From the NCBI RefSeq assembly GCF_020745735.1, contig NC_083418.1:49555776-49619775 (forward strand): a stretch of 64,000 nt of DNA, in the 5' to 3' direction. Source of the stretch: Hemiscyllium ocellatum. Lineage: Eukaryota. Both the position numbers and the translations under genes were made by a program. Under the pieces are notes generated by a model that worked only from the letters and a program-made list of their open reading frames with translations, ran no database searches and was not told the origin of the DNA. Shown in pieces: positions 38,809-52,419 of this stretch (position 1 is the stretch's first letter; each line of letters opens with the position of its first letter).

Positions 38809-39521
38809 TAGTCCTTGTCGTAACTAACTCTGGCAGGTTCACCATTTATAAGGATTTTTTTCCACCCCTTTCAATTCTTATTTAAAATCCCCTTTCTATG
38901 GTTTCCAATTTTCGAACATACCATATTTCTCAAGGACATCATGATTGTTTTTTTCCCTCAGCTTCGCCTGGAGCAACCTCTCATCTTTGATGATTTGAAC
39001 TATTATTTCAATTTATTAAGGTCTGTCCCTTTTATGAGTTCACTGCCAATCTATTCTCTCACTTTTGCCTTCATATAAACTACTCTAACACACATCTACC
39101 CTTACTGTCGCTACTCCCATCTTCTCAGCTGTAAATAATGCCATCACTGATCATTTCCTTGTATTATTCTCAATTCACAATCCCTCTTTCAACCTTACTG
39201 TGTCTATCTCAAGTCACTTGCAGTGATGTTATCAAATTCCCACTGCTTAGCCTTCGTCCATCTATTCATCATGACATTTCTGCACGTGCTGATCTTCTCA
39301 TCCCCACACCTCGAGGTTTGTTGTCTTTGGCTCCATTAAAACCAACCCTCAACCCTACAAGTGACAGAAGAATAGATATGTATTTTAGCAGTGTTTCACA
39401 ACTATTTCACAATTGTATTTTAGCCTGTTGTGCATGTGTTATCTTTTGACATTAGCCAACAGTACTTCTCCAGTCTGAGGTTTACGTTGTTGACACTGTT
39501 ACCTACGTTGCATGAATGTAG

Positions 39522-39650
39522 AAACCCAGGAAATCCGCACAGGCAAAGACAGCCATGAGGACAGGACAATGCAGGTCCCTGATCGCAGCACCCAAGATCA
39601 GTTGCAAGATGAACATAACCAGGAAGCTGAAGGTGGAATTAATCAAGAAG
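39522..39650 (+). CDS. Putative cytoplasmic exon B3
   Basis: tgtAG ... GAA G|GTAATA, 129 nt, open. Confidence 0.6.
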
Positions 39651-40936
39651 GTAATAATCTCAGGACGATTAAAAAAAATGTACAATATAACTTGGAGACA
39701 GAGGAAAGGAGTACAGTAACATGACTCTATTTACAACTTAAAAGGAAAGATATTCCAGGGGAGATACTTTAAGTTAAAATTAGTTTAACTTTATATGGAA
39801 AAAGTCTCTCAAATTTACTTGTGTATGGTATGTAAGATCTTCAAGATTTCATCATTCGAAGAATATCTGTGATGATTGCAGTGATTCTGAAAGATCATCA
39901 CCAATACCATTACAGTCTTCTCAACTCGCACCTTCAGAACTGTCAGGCGTAGTCCATCTATCCTTCGTTTCACTTCTAGGTTCTGGTCAGTTGCCTTACT
40001 TTTTTGGTAGCCATTTTGTTCCCCAAAACGAATACCTGAACCATTTCGTAATTTTCTCCTCCAAGTTTCGTTATTGATTTATTTATGACACTTTACAGCC
40101 ATTTAATACTTTACAGTCATCTAATAAACTTTGAGAGTTACTGGAATGCAATGTTGGAATTCTTGCATAATCTTTTGCATAATAATATTAATATTAATAA
40201 TGATCATAATAACAGGCAGTCAAGCTAACGGGGTGTGTTAAAGGAGTTATTTTTTGCTTCTCTTCAGCCTGGGGATATTATTCACAATGGTGGGAAAAGA
40301 ATGGTTTTCTTGAAGGAACTAAAATTCCTGTACAGATTAATTTAGTTCCTGACAATCATTTTCAATAACATTTACTGGACTAATTCCGGTGAATATTGCT
40401 ATAGTCCTTAAACTCTTTCATTATAAATATCTATATCAATTGTAGAAACTGCAGCAATTGTCTCTGCCAAATATATGGCCCCTGCTGTTATTATTGTTGC
40501 TTAAAGATTATTACTTGCCGCTGTGATCCTGCAATTTTGGAGAAAGTGATGAAGAGGTTATGCTCAAAATGTTGCTTCTCCTGCTCCTCGCATGCTGTCT
40601 GACCGGCTGTGCTTTTCCAGTGCTACACGTTTTGACTCTGCAATTGTGCACAATTAAAACAAATTAAACATCATTGAACAGTGGCAAACAAATTAACAAT
40701 AGCAATTAGATTAAAGGTTTCACTTTAATATTTACAATACTTCAATGTTTGGTTCTGCTATATTATCCTTCACCAGTGAAAGACTTGAGACAAATGTTTT
40801 GTTGGAATGTTATCAAAATTTCATTGTAGAAGGAAATTCAACAATAACGTAGAATGGTTTGCTTCTCAAAGTATCACATTTAGAATCCAAATCTCTGTCA
40901 GCTCATAAATATCAATATTCTCCATTGTTATTAAAG

Positions 40937-41011
40937 GACCACCATCACCTGAAGAAAGTGAAAATTGTCCTCTAATACCAATACAGCAGAGGGTTGCTGC
41001 CATTGAACAAA
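40937..41011 (+). CDS. Putative cytoplasmic exon C2 (GPPSPEESENCPLIPIQQRVAAIEQ)
   Basis: Intact AG and GTAAGT; 75 nt, an in-frame +6 nt relative to C1. Confidence 0.6.
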
Positions 41012-41622
41012 GTAAGTATTAATGCCAAAAACACAACTTCCATTCTTACTCAAGAATTCAGTTCTACATTTTCCTACAATTAGATTCCAAATAATCTCAC
41101 GTGCTTTGCAATTGTAAAGGAATTTGCAAACTTTACCCAGCCTCAAAGCTTTGCGCAGTATATCGAACTATGTCAGAATTGCAAATGTACTTAGGAAGTA
41201 TTTGTGTTATTGTCAATAATGAGGAAAATTATTTCAAATACAAAAGAAAATGCTATAAACCTAAAATAAAAACAAGACAGTCCAGAAACACTCACCAGGT
41301 AAGGTTAAATCTGTAGTGAGGAACTAAATTAATTTTAACAGATTAATTCATTAACAAATTAAACATAATTGAACAGTGGCAATCTAATTAGAAATAACAT
41401 TTATATTAAAGGTTTCACTTTAATATTTACAACATTTCAATGTTTGGTTCCACAACATTATAATGAGCGGTGAAAGACTTGAGAAAAATGTTTTGTTGAA
41501 ATGTTATCACAACTTCATCATAGAAGGAACTTCAGCAATAGTTTTGAATGGTTTGCTTGTAATAACATCACATTCAGAAAAATCCGAATCTTCATCAGCT
41601 CGCTAATGTACATTTTTTGCAG

Positions 41623-41694
41623 TGAGTAAAGGACAACCAATACCAAAGCAAAATGAAAACAATATCGGTCAAGCAGTTACTTCCCCCAGAAGAA
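41623..41694 (+). CDS. Putative cytoplasmic exon D2 (SKGQPIPKQNENNIGQAVTSPRR)
   Basis: Intact AG and GTAAGT; 72 nt, open. Confidence 0.6.
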
Positions 41695-42200
41695 GTAAGT
41701 ATTCATGCCAAAAACATAACTTCCATTCTAACTTGTGTACTCAGTCATATATTCTGTTACAATGAGCTTCCAAATAATCTCAGGGTGCACTTCAATTGGA
41801 AAGGAACTTGCAAACTATTCCTCGTCTCAAAGCTTTGTGCAGGATCACAGAATAGAATCCACGACCATGTAATTGAGGAAGTATTTGTGTGATGGAAAGC
41901 ATTGACAATAATGGATAAAATTATTACAAATACAAAAGAAAATGATTACAGATGCTGGAAAAACCTAAAAGAACCACAGGACAATCCAGAAACATTCAGC
42001 AGGTAAGGTTAAATCTGTGATGAGGAACAAAGTTAATTTTTAGCATTAGGACATTTCACCTCTTTTAATGAAGGATCATTGGACCAAAGCACTCGTTCTG
42101 TTTGTCTCCATAGAGACTGCTCAGTATTTCAAGCTGTTACTGCTTTCATTTAACAGTGTTTTGCGGTGGCTTTGTTTGAGGAGAATAATTTTCACTGTAG

Positions 42201-42314
42201 GCAGAGACCATTCTCCTCATCCTTATGATGATCTCAGGGAACTATTACATGCACCTGAGCAGTCGGATGGATCCCTCGTTCAATGCAATTTTAAAAATCA
42301 ACATCTTTAATTCT
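42201..42314 (+). CDS. Putative exon E2 with in-frame TAA at 42308-42310 (RDHSPHPYDDLRELLHAPEQSDGSLVQCNFKNQHL*)
   Basis: Splice sites intact; the CAA codon of E1 is TAA here. Confidence 0.5.
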
Positions 42315-42697
42315 GTAAGATATGTAAGAGTAAGATCTGTTGCAGCGAGCTCACAAAGAGTCATCATGTGACAGAACCATGATAAGGCCATTCATAGTAC
42401 TCCTTCAGTAGGATACTGAAAACGCACCTGAATTGAATGCTGACATCATGGGGTGAAGCTTGAATGCAAACTCCTATTACTCATAAACACAAAGTAATTG
42501 CAATAAGCAGAACCAGCTGAATAACTGAGGTGCCAGTAGATATGTCGCAGAGACAACCTTTAAGCAAAGTAGTCACAATGGTGAATGCAATATCCTACCA
42601 TTACATTTAGGCTGCAGAATAGTAATGACCTCAAGATCTCTTCTAGAACGGTCTGGAGATCCTGATATTCCCAGTCTCAGTAAATATTAAACAGGGA

Positions 42698-42722
42698 AGA
42701 GAGAGAGTGTGTGTGTGTGTGT
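42698..42722. repeat. (GA)n(GT)n microsatellite
   Basis: gagagagagtgtgtgtgtgtgtgt. Confidence 0.8.
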
Positions 42723-45700
42723 TCATTCTTAATTAAGCAGATTGCAACCAAGAAACTAAGTCAATTTGAGAATACACTCTGTGTAATTTACAACAGCAAA
42801 TCAGAACCAAATTACCCAAGTTTGATTGAGCAATAACTGTTGCTGTGAATTCAGTTTAGAATTTTATCAAGAATACTGAAGGGAAACATGAAAAAACGTC
42901 TCTGCATCATGTTTGTATTTATCTGTTTTGTAGCTCTGCTGACAATTAGTGATATCAAGAAATACCCCATGAAATTTTACATGTCAGCAAACCAACTCTG
43001 AGTTGGGAAGTTACAGTGGTTAGTCTTGATGTGTTGAATGTTTTATATAACAGTGGAAAGGAGGGGGAGCAAGAGCAAATAAGCTATTTCACTGGTAGAT
43101 TCCAGTGGAGATATTCACAGGAGAACAGAAATTATCACAAAAACATCACAAATATATCAGTTTCATGCAAACAAAGATGAGCCCTTGGCACTGAGTAACC
43201 ATGACAACAATGCAACATCCTTACACATTTCTGCAAATTTTTACTATATGGTGATGTATCCAAGGATGTTGGTCCTATTGTCTTTGTACATATGGTACAG
43301 ATTGCAAGCCCAGAAGATGTTGTCAAAGGAGACTTGGCAAGATATTGCAGTGCATCTTGTACATGGTGCACACTGCTGCCACTGTATATTTGTGATTGAG
43401 GGAGTTTAACGTTAAGCTGAGGGCTAAGCTGCCATTCAGGTGGGCTGCTTTGTGCAGGATATTGTCCTGGTGCTCGAGTGTGGTTAGAATCAGACTATCC
43501 AGGAAATGGGAGAGTATTGTTTCATTCTCCTGTCTTCGGCCTTGTTAATGGTGAATCAAGTCAGGGTAATCAGTAGAGGATTTGCTTGCCATAGAATTGA
43601 AAGCTTGTGACTAATTCGTGATTCTGATCATTTTCTGGTCAAACATTACTCCCAGAGTCTTGACAGTGATGGATTCAGCTAGTGTCATTAGATGTCCAGG
43701 AGGAAGAAGGTTAGATCCTCTATGGCTGGAGATAGTAAATGTTTGACATTTATGTAGTGCCAATGTTACATGCCGATAAAGCTGTTGGGCTATAACCTGC
43801 TGTTGTGTGAATTTTAATTTTGTCCAGCCCAGTCCAACACAGGCACTTCCACATCTTGCCTATTATCTGACTTGCTGCTTACAGGCACAGTCTGTTTCAG
43901 TATCACAGAGTCTTGATTGGGACTGAACATTGTGCAAACATTGACAATCATTCTCACTTATGATGGAGCCAGATCTTTGATGAAGCAGCTGAAGGTGGTT
44001 GGGTGTGGGACACTGCCTTGACATCAGTCTGCAGTGATGTCCTAAAGCTGAAATGATTAGCCTCGAAGAAGCAGCCATCCTCCTTTCAGACTCCAACCAG
44101 TGGAGATTTGTTCTCCATTTCACAACGTCTCCACATTTGGCAGGGTTCCTTGATACCATCCTTGGTGAAATGTTGCCATGTTGTCGAAGACAGTCACTCT
44201 CACATGATCTCTTGAGTTCAGTTCTTTTCTCCATGCTTGATGAAGATTTTATTGAGGTCAGGAACTGCATAGCCTTAACAGAAACTAAACATCAGTGAGT
44301 TGGTTGTTGCCTGAACAACTTAGATTCCAGTGTGAACACTCACTTGGTAGAAGATAAGGTTTATTTTTCCGTTTTGGGTACTGTGTTGGCCAGGCACTAA
44401 ACATATTCATATGAGACTGCTAATGTTGTTTTGACAAAAGAACAAAAGTTAATTTTAACTGAAAGGAAAATCAAACAATGCCTTTAATTTTTTAAAGATT
44501 CTGTCAAAAGATAGCTGAAAGAAAATGCAACCCTTTTCCTAGCAATATCCTTCACAGACACTGAACTCCAGGGAAGTATCACTTCTACTTTCCCTTTAAA
44601 ATTTAAAACTGAACTGGCAAAGTTGCCAATGAAGCCTTTTGGTGTCTTTGTGCTTATTCACTGGATATCATTCTCTCCATCCTTCTCCAAGACACAGGAA
44701 CAGGTTAACTGATGGACTTTGTTCTGAACTCATTACTTGTCACTGCAAAAATAGCTCAAGATTTCACTCCCGCTCAGATGGCCTGAATGTATTCACTGAC
44801 AAAAAAAGACTGTTCTGCTGGAATGATTCATTTCTTATGGACAAAATCTGCTCAACCTTCAGTCTCCACTGAGTGCTTCCCCTCACCATATCCTCCCTTC
44901 CCATTTGAAGTAATCTTACTTCTACTTCTCCACAGCCTCTGTCATTTTTCTCTCTGTTCTGTAACCTTGTAACCTGGAATATTTTGTTCCCAGTCGTGAC
45001 CATCACACAGCCATGTCTCAGTCATGGCTCTTATATCATAATCTACAATTTGTATCTGTGCCTACAGCTTGTTTAATTGATTCCTTATTCTCGATGTATT
45101 CATATAATAAACTCTGATTTGGACCAAACACTATAACCTGACCCTCAGCACTGATGCTTAAATCACCTGTTTATTATTTCAGTCCAATGAAGTTTAAAGA
45201 AGAAACATCTTATAATATTGCCATTCGCTCTCATGCCTGAATTAGGATTCCTGACAGATTCTTGGGTCTCTGTCATTTTCCTTGAATTAGAAACTATAAT
45301 AACATTTCCAAACAACACTGAATATTTTAAAGTGCCCATGACTACCCTATTTAGCCTTTCAGATAAGATATTGGTCCCAGGTTGGTTCAGGTGCAGCCTA
45401 TCCCAGTATTACAAGTCCTTTCTGTCCCAATACTGGGGCCAGTGACCCACAAAATGAAAGCCCTCTTTCCTCTATCTCTCCTTTAACCATGTGTTTACTT
45501 CCATCATTTTCTTATGTCTATGTCAATTCGCTTGAGGTTCAGTTCATTAATTTGCTCCGAATTCCTGATATTCCCCGAACAGGACGTAGTGCCAATTGTT
45601 GGTCTCAACATGGACTACGACAACTGGATCCTCCTTGTCTCATTCCAATATCCTTTCAAGCCGCTTGAAGATGTCTCTTACCTTGGCACCACGCAGGCAA

Positions 45701-45784
45701 CACACCAAGCACAACTTTGCTGTCAATGGATGCTATGTATATGCCTTATTATAGAATACACCAGTATTATGGCTTTTCTTCTTA

Positions 45785-45810
45785 TCTCTCTTCTTCTTCT
45801 TCTTCTTCTA
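45785..45810. repeat. (CTT)n microsatellite expanded only in unit 3
   Basis: ctctcttcttcttcttcttcttct inside the CR1 ORF1 remnant. Confidence 0.8.
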
Positions 45811-46257
45811 ATATTATCACTTCCCCCTACTTGAATAGCCTCTTGTACCATGGAGCAGTGGTCAGTTTGCCCATCAGTTGGACCCTGTAGCAGCAGGTGG
45901 TGGCGAGCACTGACCAACGGAACTGAGTGGTTTGTTGGGACATGCTCCACCAGCAGGTCATGACAGTGAGGGACATGAGGTGGATCAGTTAAATGAAGTC
46001 TCACTGGGGGAAAATAAAACAAGGGGTCTTTGGTAAAAGGAGGAGAAGGTAAGCAAAAAAATTATCCCACAGACATCCTTCCATGTAAATGCTGTAAATA
46101 ATTTCTTGCATATTGTTAATTAATATTCATGTTTGTAATTACCCGACACCTGTGGAACAATGAACTATGCTTCACCATCTTTCTGTCATCAGTAAATTCA
46201 AATTTCATATTACTTATGGTCGTCAGCCTTACTTATGTCATGTACGACTTGGTGTCA

Positions 46258-46590
46258 ATTAGAGTCATAGAGATGTACAGCATGGACAAGGCAGTTTGGT
46301 CCAACCTGTCCATGCCGATCAGATATCCCAACCCAATCTAGTCCCACCTGCCAGCACCCGGCCCATATCCCGCCAAACCCTTCCTATTCATATACCCATC
46401 CAAAAGCCACTTAAATGTTACAATTGTACCAGCCTCCACCACATCCTCTGGCAGCTCATTCCATACACCTACCACCCTCTGCGTGAAAAAGTTGCCCCTT
46501 AGATCTCTTTTATATCTTTCCCCTCTCACCTTAAACCTATACCCTCTAGGCCTGGACTCCCCGAACCCAGGGAAAAGACTTTGCCTATTT
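46258..46590 (-). mobile_element. Unit-3-specific CR1 3' fragment
   Basis: Interrupts ggtgtcaa...ttaccatttcccc, which is contiguous in units 1 and 2. Confidence 0.85.
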
Positions 46591-46770
46591 ACCATTTCCC
46601 CTTGGAAAGTACCTTGGCTCACTTTACTGCTTTAAAGTGGTGTATTAATGGAAGTTGTTGCATTTTCTTCACAAGTGGTATTTCATTAGCTAACAGCACG
46701 ATTACTGGTCCTCCTTCTCCAGTCTGAGGTTTACACTGTTGACCCTGTTACTTACTTTGCATGAAAGTAG

Positions 46771-46902
46771 AAACACAGGTAATCCGCACAGACAAAGACA
46801 GCCATGAGGACAGGACAATGCAGGTCCCTGATCGCAGAACCCAAGATCAGTCGCAAGATGAACATTTTGCAACTGAAGCTGAAGGTGGAATTAATCAAGA
46901 AG
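46771..46902 (+). CDS. Putative cytoplasmic exon B4
   Basis: gtAG ... G|GTAATA; 132 nt with a net in-frame +3 (HFATE versus HNQE). Confidence 0.5.
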
Positions 46903-47515
46903 GTAATAACCTCAGGACGATTTAAAAAAATTGTACAATAGAATTTGGAGATACAGGAAAGGATACAGTAACATGACTCTGTTTAAAACTTTAATGCAAA
47001 AATAATAGAGAGTCTGGTAAAGATGCTCTGTGTCCGAATTATTTTAAATTCATAAAGTAAAACTCTTCCAAATTGACAATGTGCATGGTATTTAAGATTT
47101 TCCAGATTTTCCTCATTCCAAGAATATATGTGATGAATGCAACTTGAAATTCAATGGCATTTTCCTTTTGCATTTCCAACTGCTCAATCCAAGACTCTTC
47201 CAAATTTCTTGCGCAGCACACCTCGACTCATAGAGTTATGGAGCTGTACAGCATGGATACAGACCATTTGGTCCAACTCATCCATGCCGACCAGATATCC
47301 TGAATTATTCTCATCCCATTTGTCATCATTTGGCCCATGTCCCTCTCAACCCTTCCTGGGTCATATGTCCAATCTTTTAAGTGTTGTAATTGTACCAGCC
47401 TCCACAACTTCCTCTGACAGCTCACTTGTATATCCTTAATTGATTTTCATGTGTGTAATTTCCTGACACCAGTGTTTACACTGTTGACCCTGTTATTTAC
47501 TTTGCATGAATGCAG

Positions 47516-47644
47516 AAACACAGAAAATCCACACAGGCAAAGACAGCCATGAGGACGGGACAATGGAGGTCACTGATCACATCAACCAAGACCAGTCACA
47601 AGGGGAAAATAAACAGGAGGCTGAAGGTGGAATTAATCAAGAAG
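47516..47644 (+). CDS. Putative cytoplasmic exon B5 (ETQKIHTGKDSHEDGTMEVTDHINQDQSQGENKQEAEGGINQE)
   Basis: tgcAG ... G|GTAATA; 129 nt, open. Confidence 0.5.
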
Positions 47645-50600
47645 GTAATAGCCTCAGGATGATTAAAAAAAAATTGTAAAATATAATTTGGAGATACAGC
47701 AAAGGAGGGCAGTAACATGACTCTATTTGAAACTTTAAAGGAAATGTAGAAGATAGTCTGGGAGAAAGACTCAAGCTGCAAATTATTTGACGTTGATACA
47801 GAAAATGTCTCTCAGATCTACTCATGTATGGTATTTAGGCAGCTCGAGAATTTCTTCTTTCCAAGAATATCTATGATGAATACAACTTGAAATTCAATTG
47901 CATTTTCTCGTTTCCAACAGCTCATTCCAAGTCTCCCCCAAATTACTTGCCCAGTACACCTGCACTCATAGAGTTATTGACCTGTACAACATGGAAACAG
48001 ACCTTTTGGTCCAACTCATCCATACTGACCAGATATCCTGAATTATTCTAGTCCCATCTGCCAGTATTTCACCCATGTCCTTCCTAATCCTTCCTATTCA
48101 TATACCTATTCAGATGCCTTTTAAATGTTGTAATTGTATCAGCCTCCACCACCTCCTCTGGAGGCTCATTCCATACATGCACCAATCTCTGCGTGAACAA
48201 GTTCCCTTAGGTCCCTTTTAAATCTTTCCCCTCTCACCTTAAACTGATGCCCTATAGTTTTGGATTCCACCAGCCCAGGAAAAAAATCTTGGATATGCAC
48301 TCTATCTATGCCCCTCATGATTTTATAAACCTTTAGAAGGTCACCCTTCAGCCTCTGACACTCCATGGAAAGTAGCCCCAGCCTATTCAGCCTTTCCCTA
48401 TTGCTGAAAAGTTGCTGACCCCAACAAGGTCCTTATAAATCTTTTCTGAACCCTTTCAAATTTCACAAAATCCTCCCCACAACAGGTAGATCAGAATTGA
48501 ATGCAGTATTCCAAAAGTGATCACAACAATACAGCCACAACATCACCTCCCAACTCCTAAACTCTGCACTGACTATAAAGGCAAGCATACCAATTGCCTT
48601 CTTCACTGACCTGTCTTGTGGGATTCTACTTTCAGGGAACTATGAATCTGTGACTCCAAGGTCTGTTTGTTCAGCAACGCTCCTCAGGAGCTTACCATTA
48701 AGTGTGTTGGTCCTGCCCTGATTTGCCTTTCCAAAATGCAGCATCGCGCATTTGTCTAAATTAAACTCCATCTGACACTCCTCACCCCATCAGCCCATTT
48801 TATCGATGGCCTGTTGTACTATGAGGTAACCTTCTCCTCTGTCCACTACACCTCCAATTTTGGTGTCATCTGCAAACTTACTAACCATAACTCCTATGTT
48901 CACATGCAAATAATTTTACAAAAATGCCAAAAAGCACTGGACCCAGCATCAATTCTTGTGCACACCGCTGGTCACAGGCCTCCAGTCTGAAAAGCAACCT
49001 TCCACCACCCCTCTCTGTCTTCAATCTTCAAGCCAGTTCTGTTTCCAAATGGCTAGTTCTCACCATATTCCACGTTATCTATTCTTGCTAACCATTCTAC
49101 CATGAGGAACCTTGTCTAACGTATTACTGAAATCCATACAGATCATGTGCACCACCCTCATCAATCCTCTTTGTTACTTCTTCAGAAAACTGCAGCAAGT
49201 TAGGGAGACATGATTTCCCACACACAAAGCCATGCTGACTATCCCTAATCAGACTTTGACATTCCAAATACATGTAAATCCTGTCCCTCAGGTTTCCCTC
49301 CAACAACTTGCCCACCACCAAAGCAGGCTCACCATCAATAGTTCTCTCGCTTTTCCTGACCACCTTTCTTAAATAGTGGCATTAGGTTTGACAACCTCCT
49401 ATCTTCTGTCACCTCACCTGTGACTATTGATGATACAAAAGTCTCAGCAAGGGATTCTGCAATCACTTCCATAGCTGCGCACAGAAGTCTTGCGTACACC
49501 TGTTGAGGCCTTGAGGATTTACCCACTTTTGTGCATATTAAGACATCTAGCACCACCTCCTCTGTAATATGGATATTTTTCAAAATTTTTCAATATGTAT
49601 AGCCCCATGTTCTCTATCTTCCATATCCTTCTCCACAATAAAAGACTCATTTAGTATCTCCCTCATTTCGTGCAGTTCCAGACATAGCTGGCGTTGCTGA
49701 TCTCTTGGAGGCCCTATTCTCTCCCTCGTTACTTTTTTGTCCTTCATTTTTGGAGAATCTCTTTCGATTCTCCTTCACCCAATTTGCCAAATCTCTCATA
49801 TCTCCTCTTTCCCCTCCAGATTTCGTCTCAGAAGTTTTCTCTACTGCATTTATACTCTATGAGCAATTAACTAGATCTCTGCTGTCTGTGCCTGATACAT
49901 GCATCCTTCCTATTCTTGACCAAAACCTCTATTTCTCTCATCATCCAGCATTCCCTACATCTACCGGTCTTGCCTTTCACCCAAACATAAACTGGACTCT
50001 CCTACACTACCGGCCTTCCTCTCCTACCTTGCCTGTATCATCAGTTTTACTCATTTCCTCCAATGGCCATCCATTTCATCCCCCAACTCCAACAAATTCC
50101 TCAATGCATCTAACTGCCACTCTAACCAATCCATGCAATGCAATAGGACTTGCGACCATACACATTTACTGCAGACACACTCATCAATAACATGGAAACT
50201 TTCGCTAATCTCCCACATCTGACAGGAAGAGCACATCACTCCACTGAAGGCCATCTGTGCACCTCAACAATCTTCAGACCTAGAAAAATACTGCACTAAA
50301 AAACACTGCTCCAGGATAACTTAGTACCTATTTTCATTAACTTAAAAGTTTAATCAAGTGACGGATTTCAATAATAACAAAATCAAAACAGAACTCACTC
50401 TACTCACTAATATAGATTTACATAAACAAACAGTAAGCTTACACTTTAAAGAGCCACTTAGCTGCTTCCCTGCTGTGAGCTCCCCCACACACATCTCTAC
50501 CGAATGGGGTTCAGCCTGCCAATCTAATTCCCCACCCACTCCCAGCACTGACATTTTAGACCCTATCAACAGATTGGCTACAACTGCTTGACTCCAAATG

Positions 50601-51453
50601 TCTTTACATCCGTAAGTACTTTGTGAATGATATTATTGACATCATGTTCTTGGTGGAAACCCAATTGAGGATGACAACTTCCCGTTAATGAAGCTTCTCA
50701 AATTGTTTGTGTTCTCCACCGCCATCTGGTGACAGTGTAGTCCTTGTCGTAACTAACTCTGGCAGGTTCACCACTTATAAATATCTTTTTTCCACCCCTC
50801 TCAATTCTTATTTAAAACCCCTTTTCTATGGTTTCCAATTTTCGAACATACCATATTTCTCAAGGGCATCATGATTGTTTTCTTCCCTCAGCTTCGCCCT
50901 GGAGCAACTTCTCATCTTTGGTAATTTGAACTATTATTTCAATTTATTATGGTCTGTCCCTTTTCTGAGTTCACTACCAATTTATTCTCACACTTTTATC
51001 TTCATATAAACTACCCTAACACGCATTCACCCTTGCTGTCACTACTCCCATCTTCTCAGCTGTAAATAATGCCATCTCTGATCATTTCCTTGTATTATTC
51101 TCAATTCATAATCCCTCTTTCAACCTTACTGTGTCTATCTCAAGTCATTTGCAGTGATGTTATCAAATTCCCACTGCTTAGCTTTTGACCATCTATTGAT
51201 CATGACATTTCTGAATGTGCTGATCTTCTCATACCCACGCCTCGAGGTTTGTTGTCTTTGGCTCCATTAAAACCAACCCTCAACCCTACAAGTGGCAAAA
51301 GCATAGATATGTATTTTAGCATTGTTTCACAACTGTTTCACGAGTTGTATTTTAGCCTGCTGAGCATGTATTATCTTTGGACATTAGCCAACAGTACCTC
51401 TCCAGTCTGAGGTTTACGTTGTTGACACTGTTATTTACTTTTCATGAATGCAG

Positions 51454-51582
51454 AAACACAGGAAATTCACACAGGCAAAGACAGCCATGAGGACAGGACA
51501 ATGCAGATCACTGATCACCTCACCCAAGATCAGTTGCAAGATGAACATAACCAGGAAGCAGAAGGTGGAATTAAGCAAGAAG
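51454..51582 (+). CDS. Putative cytoplasmic exon B6
   Basis: tgcAG ... G|GTAATA; 129 nt, open. Confidence 0.5.
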
Positions 51583-52419
51583 GTAATAACTTCAGGACTA
51601 TTAAAAAAATTGTACCATATAATTTGGAGACACAGCAAAGGAGTACAGTAACATGACTCTATTTACAACTTTAAAGGAAAGATATTCTGAGGGAGATACT
51701 TTAAGTTCAAATTAATTTAAATTTACTTGTGTTTGGTATGTAAGATCTTCAAGATTTCATCATTCGAAGAATATCTGTGATGATTGCAGTGTTCCCGAAA
51801 GATCATCACCAATACCATGACAGTCTTCTCAACTCGCACCTTCAGAACTGTTAGGTGTAGTCCACCCATCCTTCATTTCACTTCTAGGTTCTGGTCATTC
51901 ACCTTTCTGTTTTTATTCCATTTTGTTCCCCAAAACTAATACCTTAGCCATTTCCTAATTTTCTACTCCCAGTTTCTTTATTGATTTATTTTATGACACT
52001 TTACAGTCATTTAACACTTTACAGTCAACTAACAAACTTTGAGAGATGCCGGCATGCAATGTTGGAATTCTTGCATAATCTATTGCATAATAATAATAAT
52101 AATATTAATAATAATCATAATAACAGGCAGTCAAGCTAATGGGGTCTGTTAAAGGAGTTATTTTTTGCTTCTCTTCAGCCTGAGGATATTATTCACAATG
52201 GTGGGAAAAGAATGGTTTTCTTGAAGGAATCAAAATTCCTGTACAGATTAATTTAGTCCCTGACAATCATTTTCTATAACATTTACTGGACTAATTCCAG
52301 TAAATATTGTGATAGTCCTTAAACTCTATCATAGAAACTACAGTAGTTGTCTCTGCTGTTATTAATGTTGCTTTAAAGATTATTGCTTTCAGTGTGATCC
52401 TGCAATTTTGGAGAAAGTG

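Noticed and set aside
40268-40370. Strong polypyrimidine acceptor ttttttgcttctcttcAG
   Set aside because: The unit-3 paralog has an immediate TGA in the same frame and there is no convincing donor.
27928-46022. Three recurrent minus-strand ORFs (MRLHLTAP..., at 27928, 35530 and 45723) suggesting a hidden antisense gene family
   Set aside because: They run into CR1 ORF1 SGNH-esterase sequence and recur only because the unit is duplicated.
1839-47240. Recurring agagtcatag motif as a CRISPR-like or satellite array
   Set aside because: It is the dispersed 3' tail of CR1/HER1 LINEs, without regular spacing; the context is eukaryotic.
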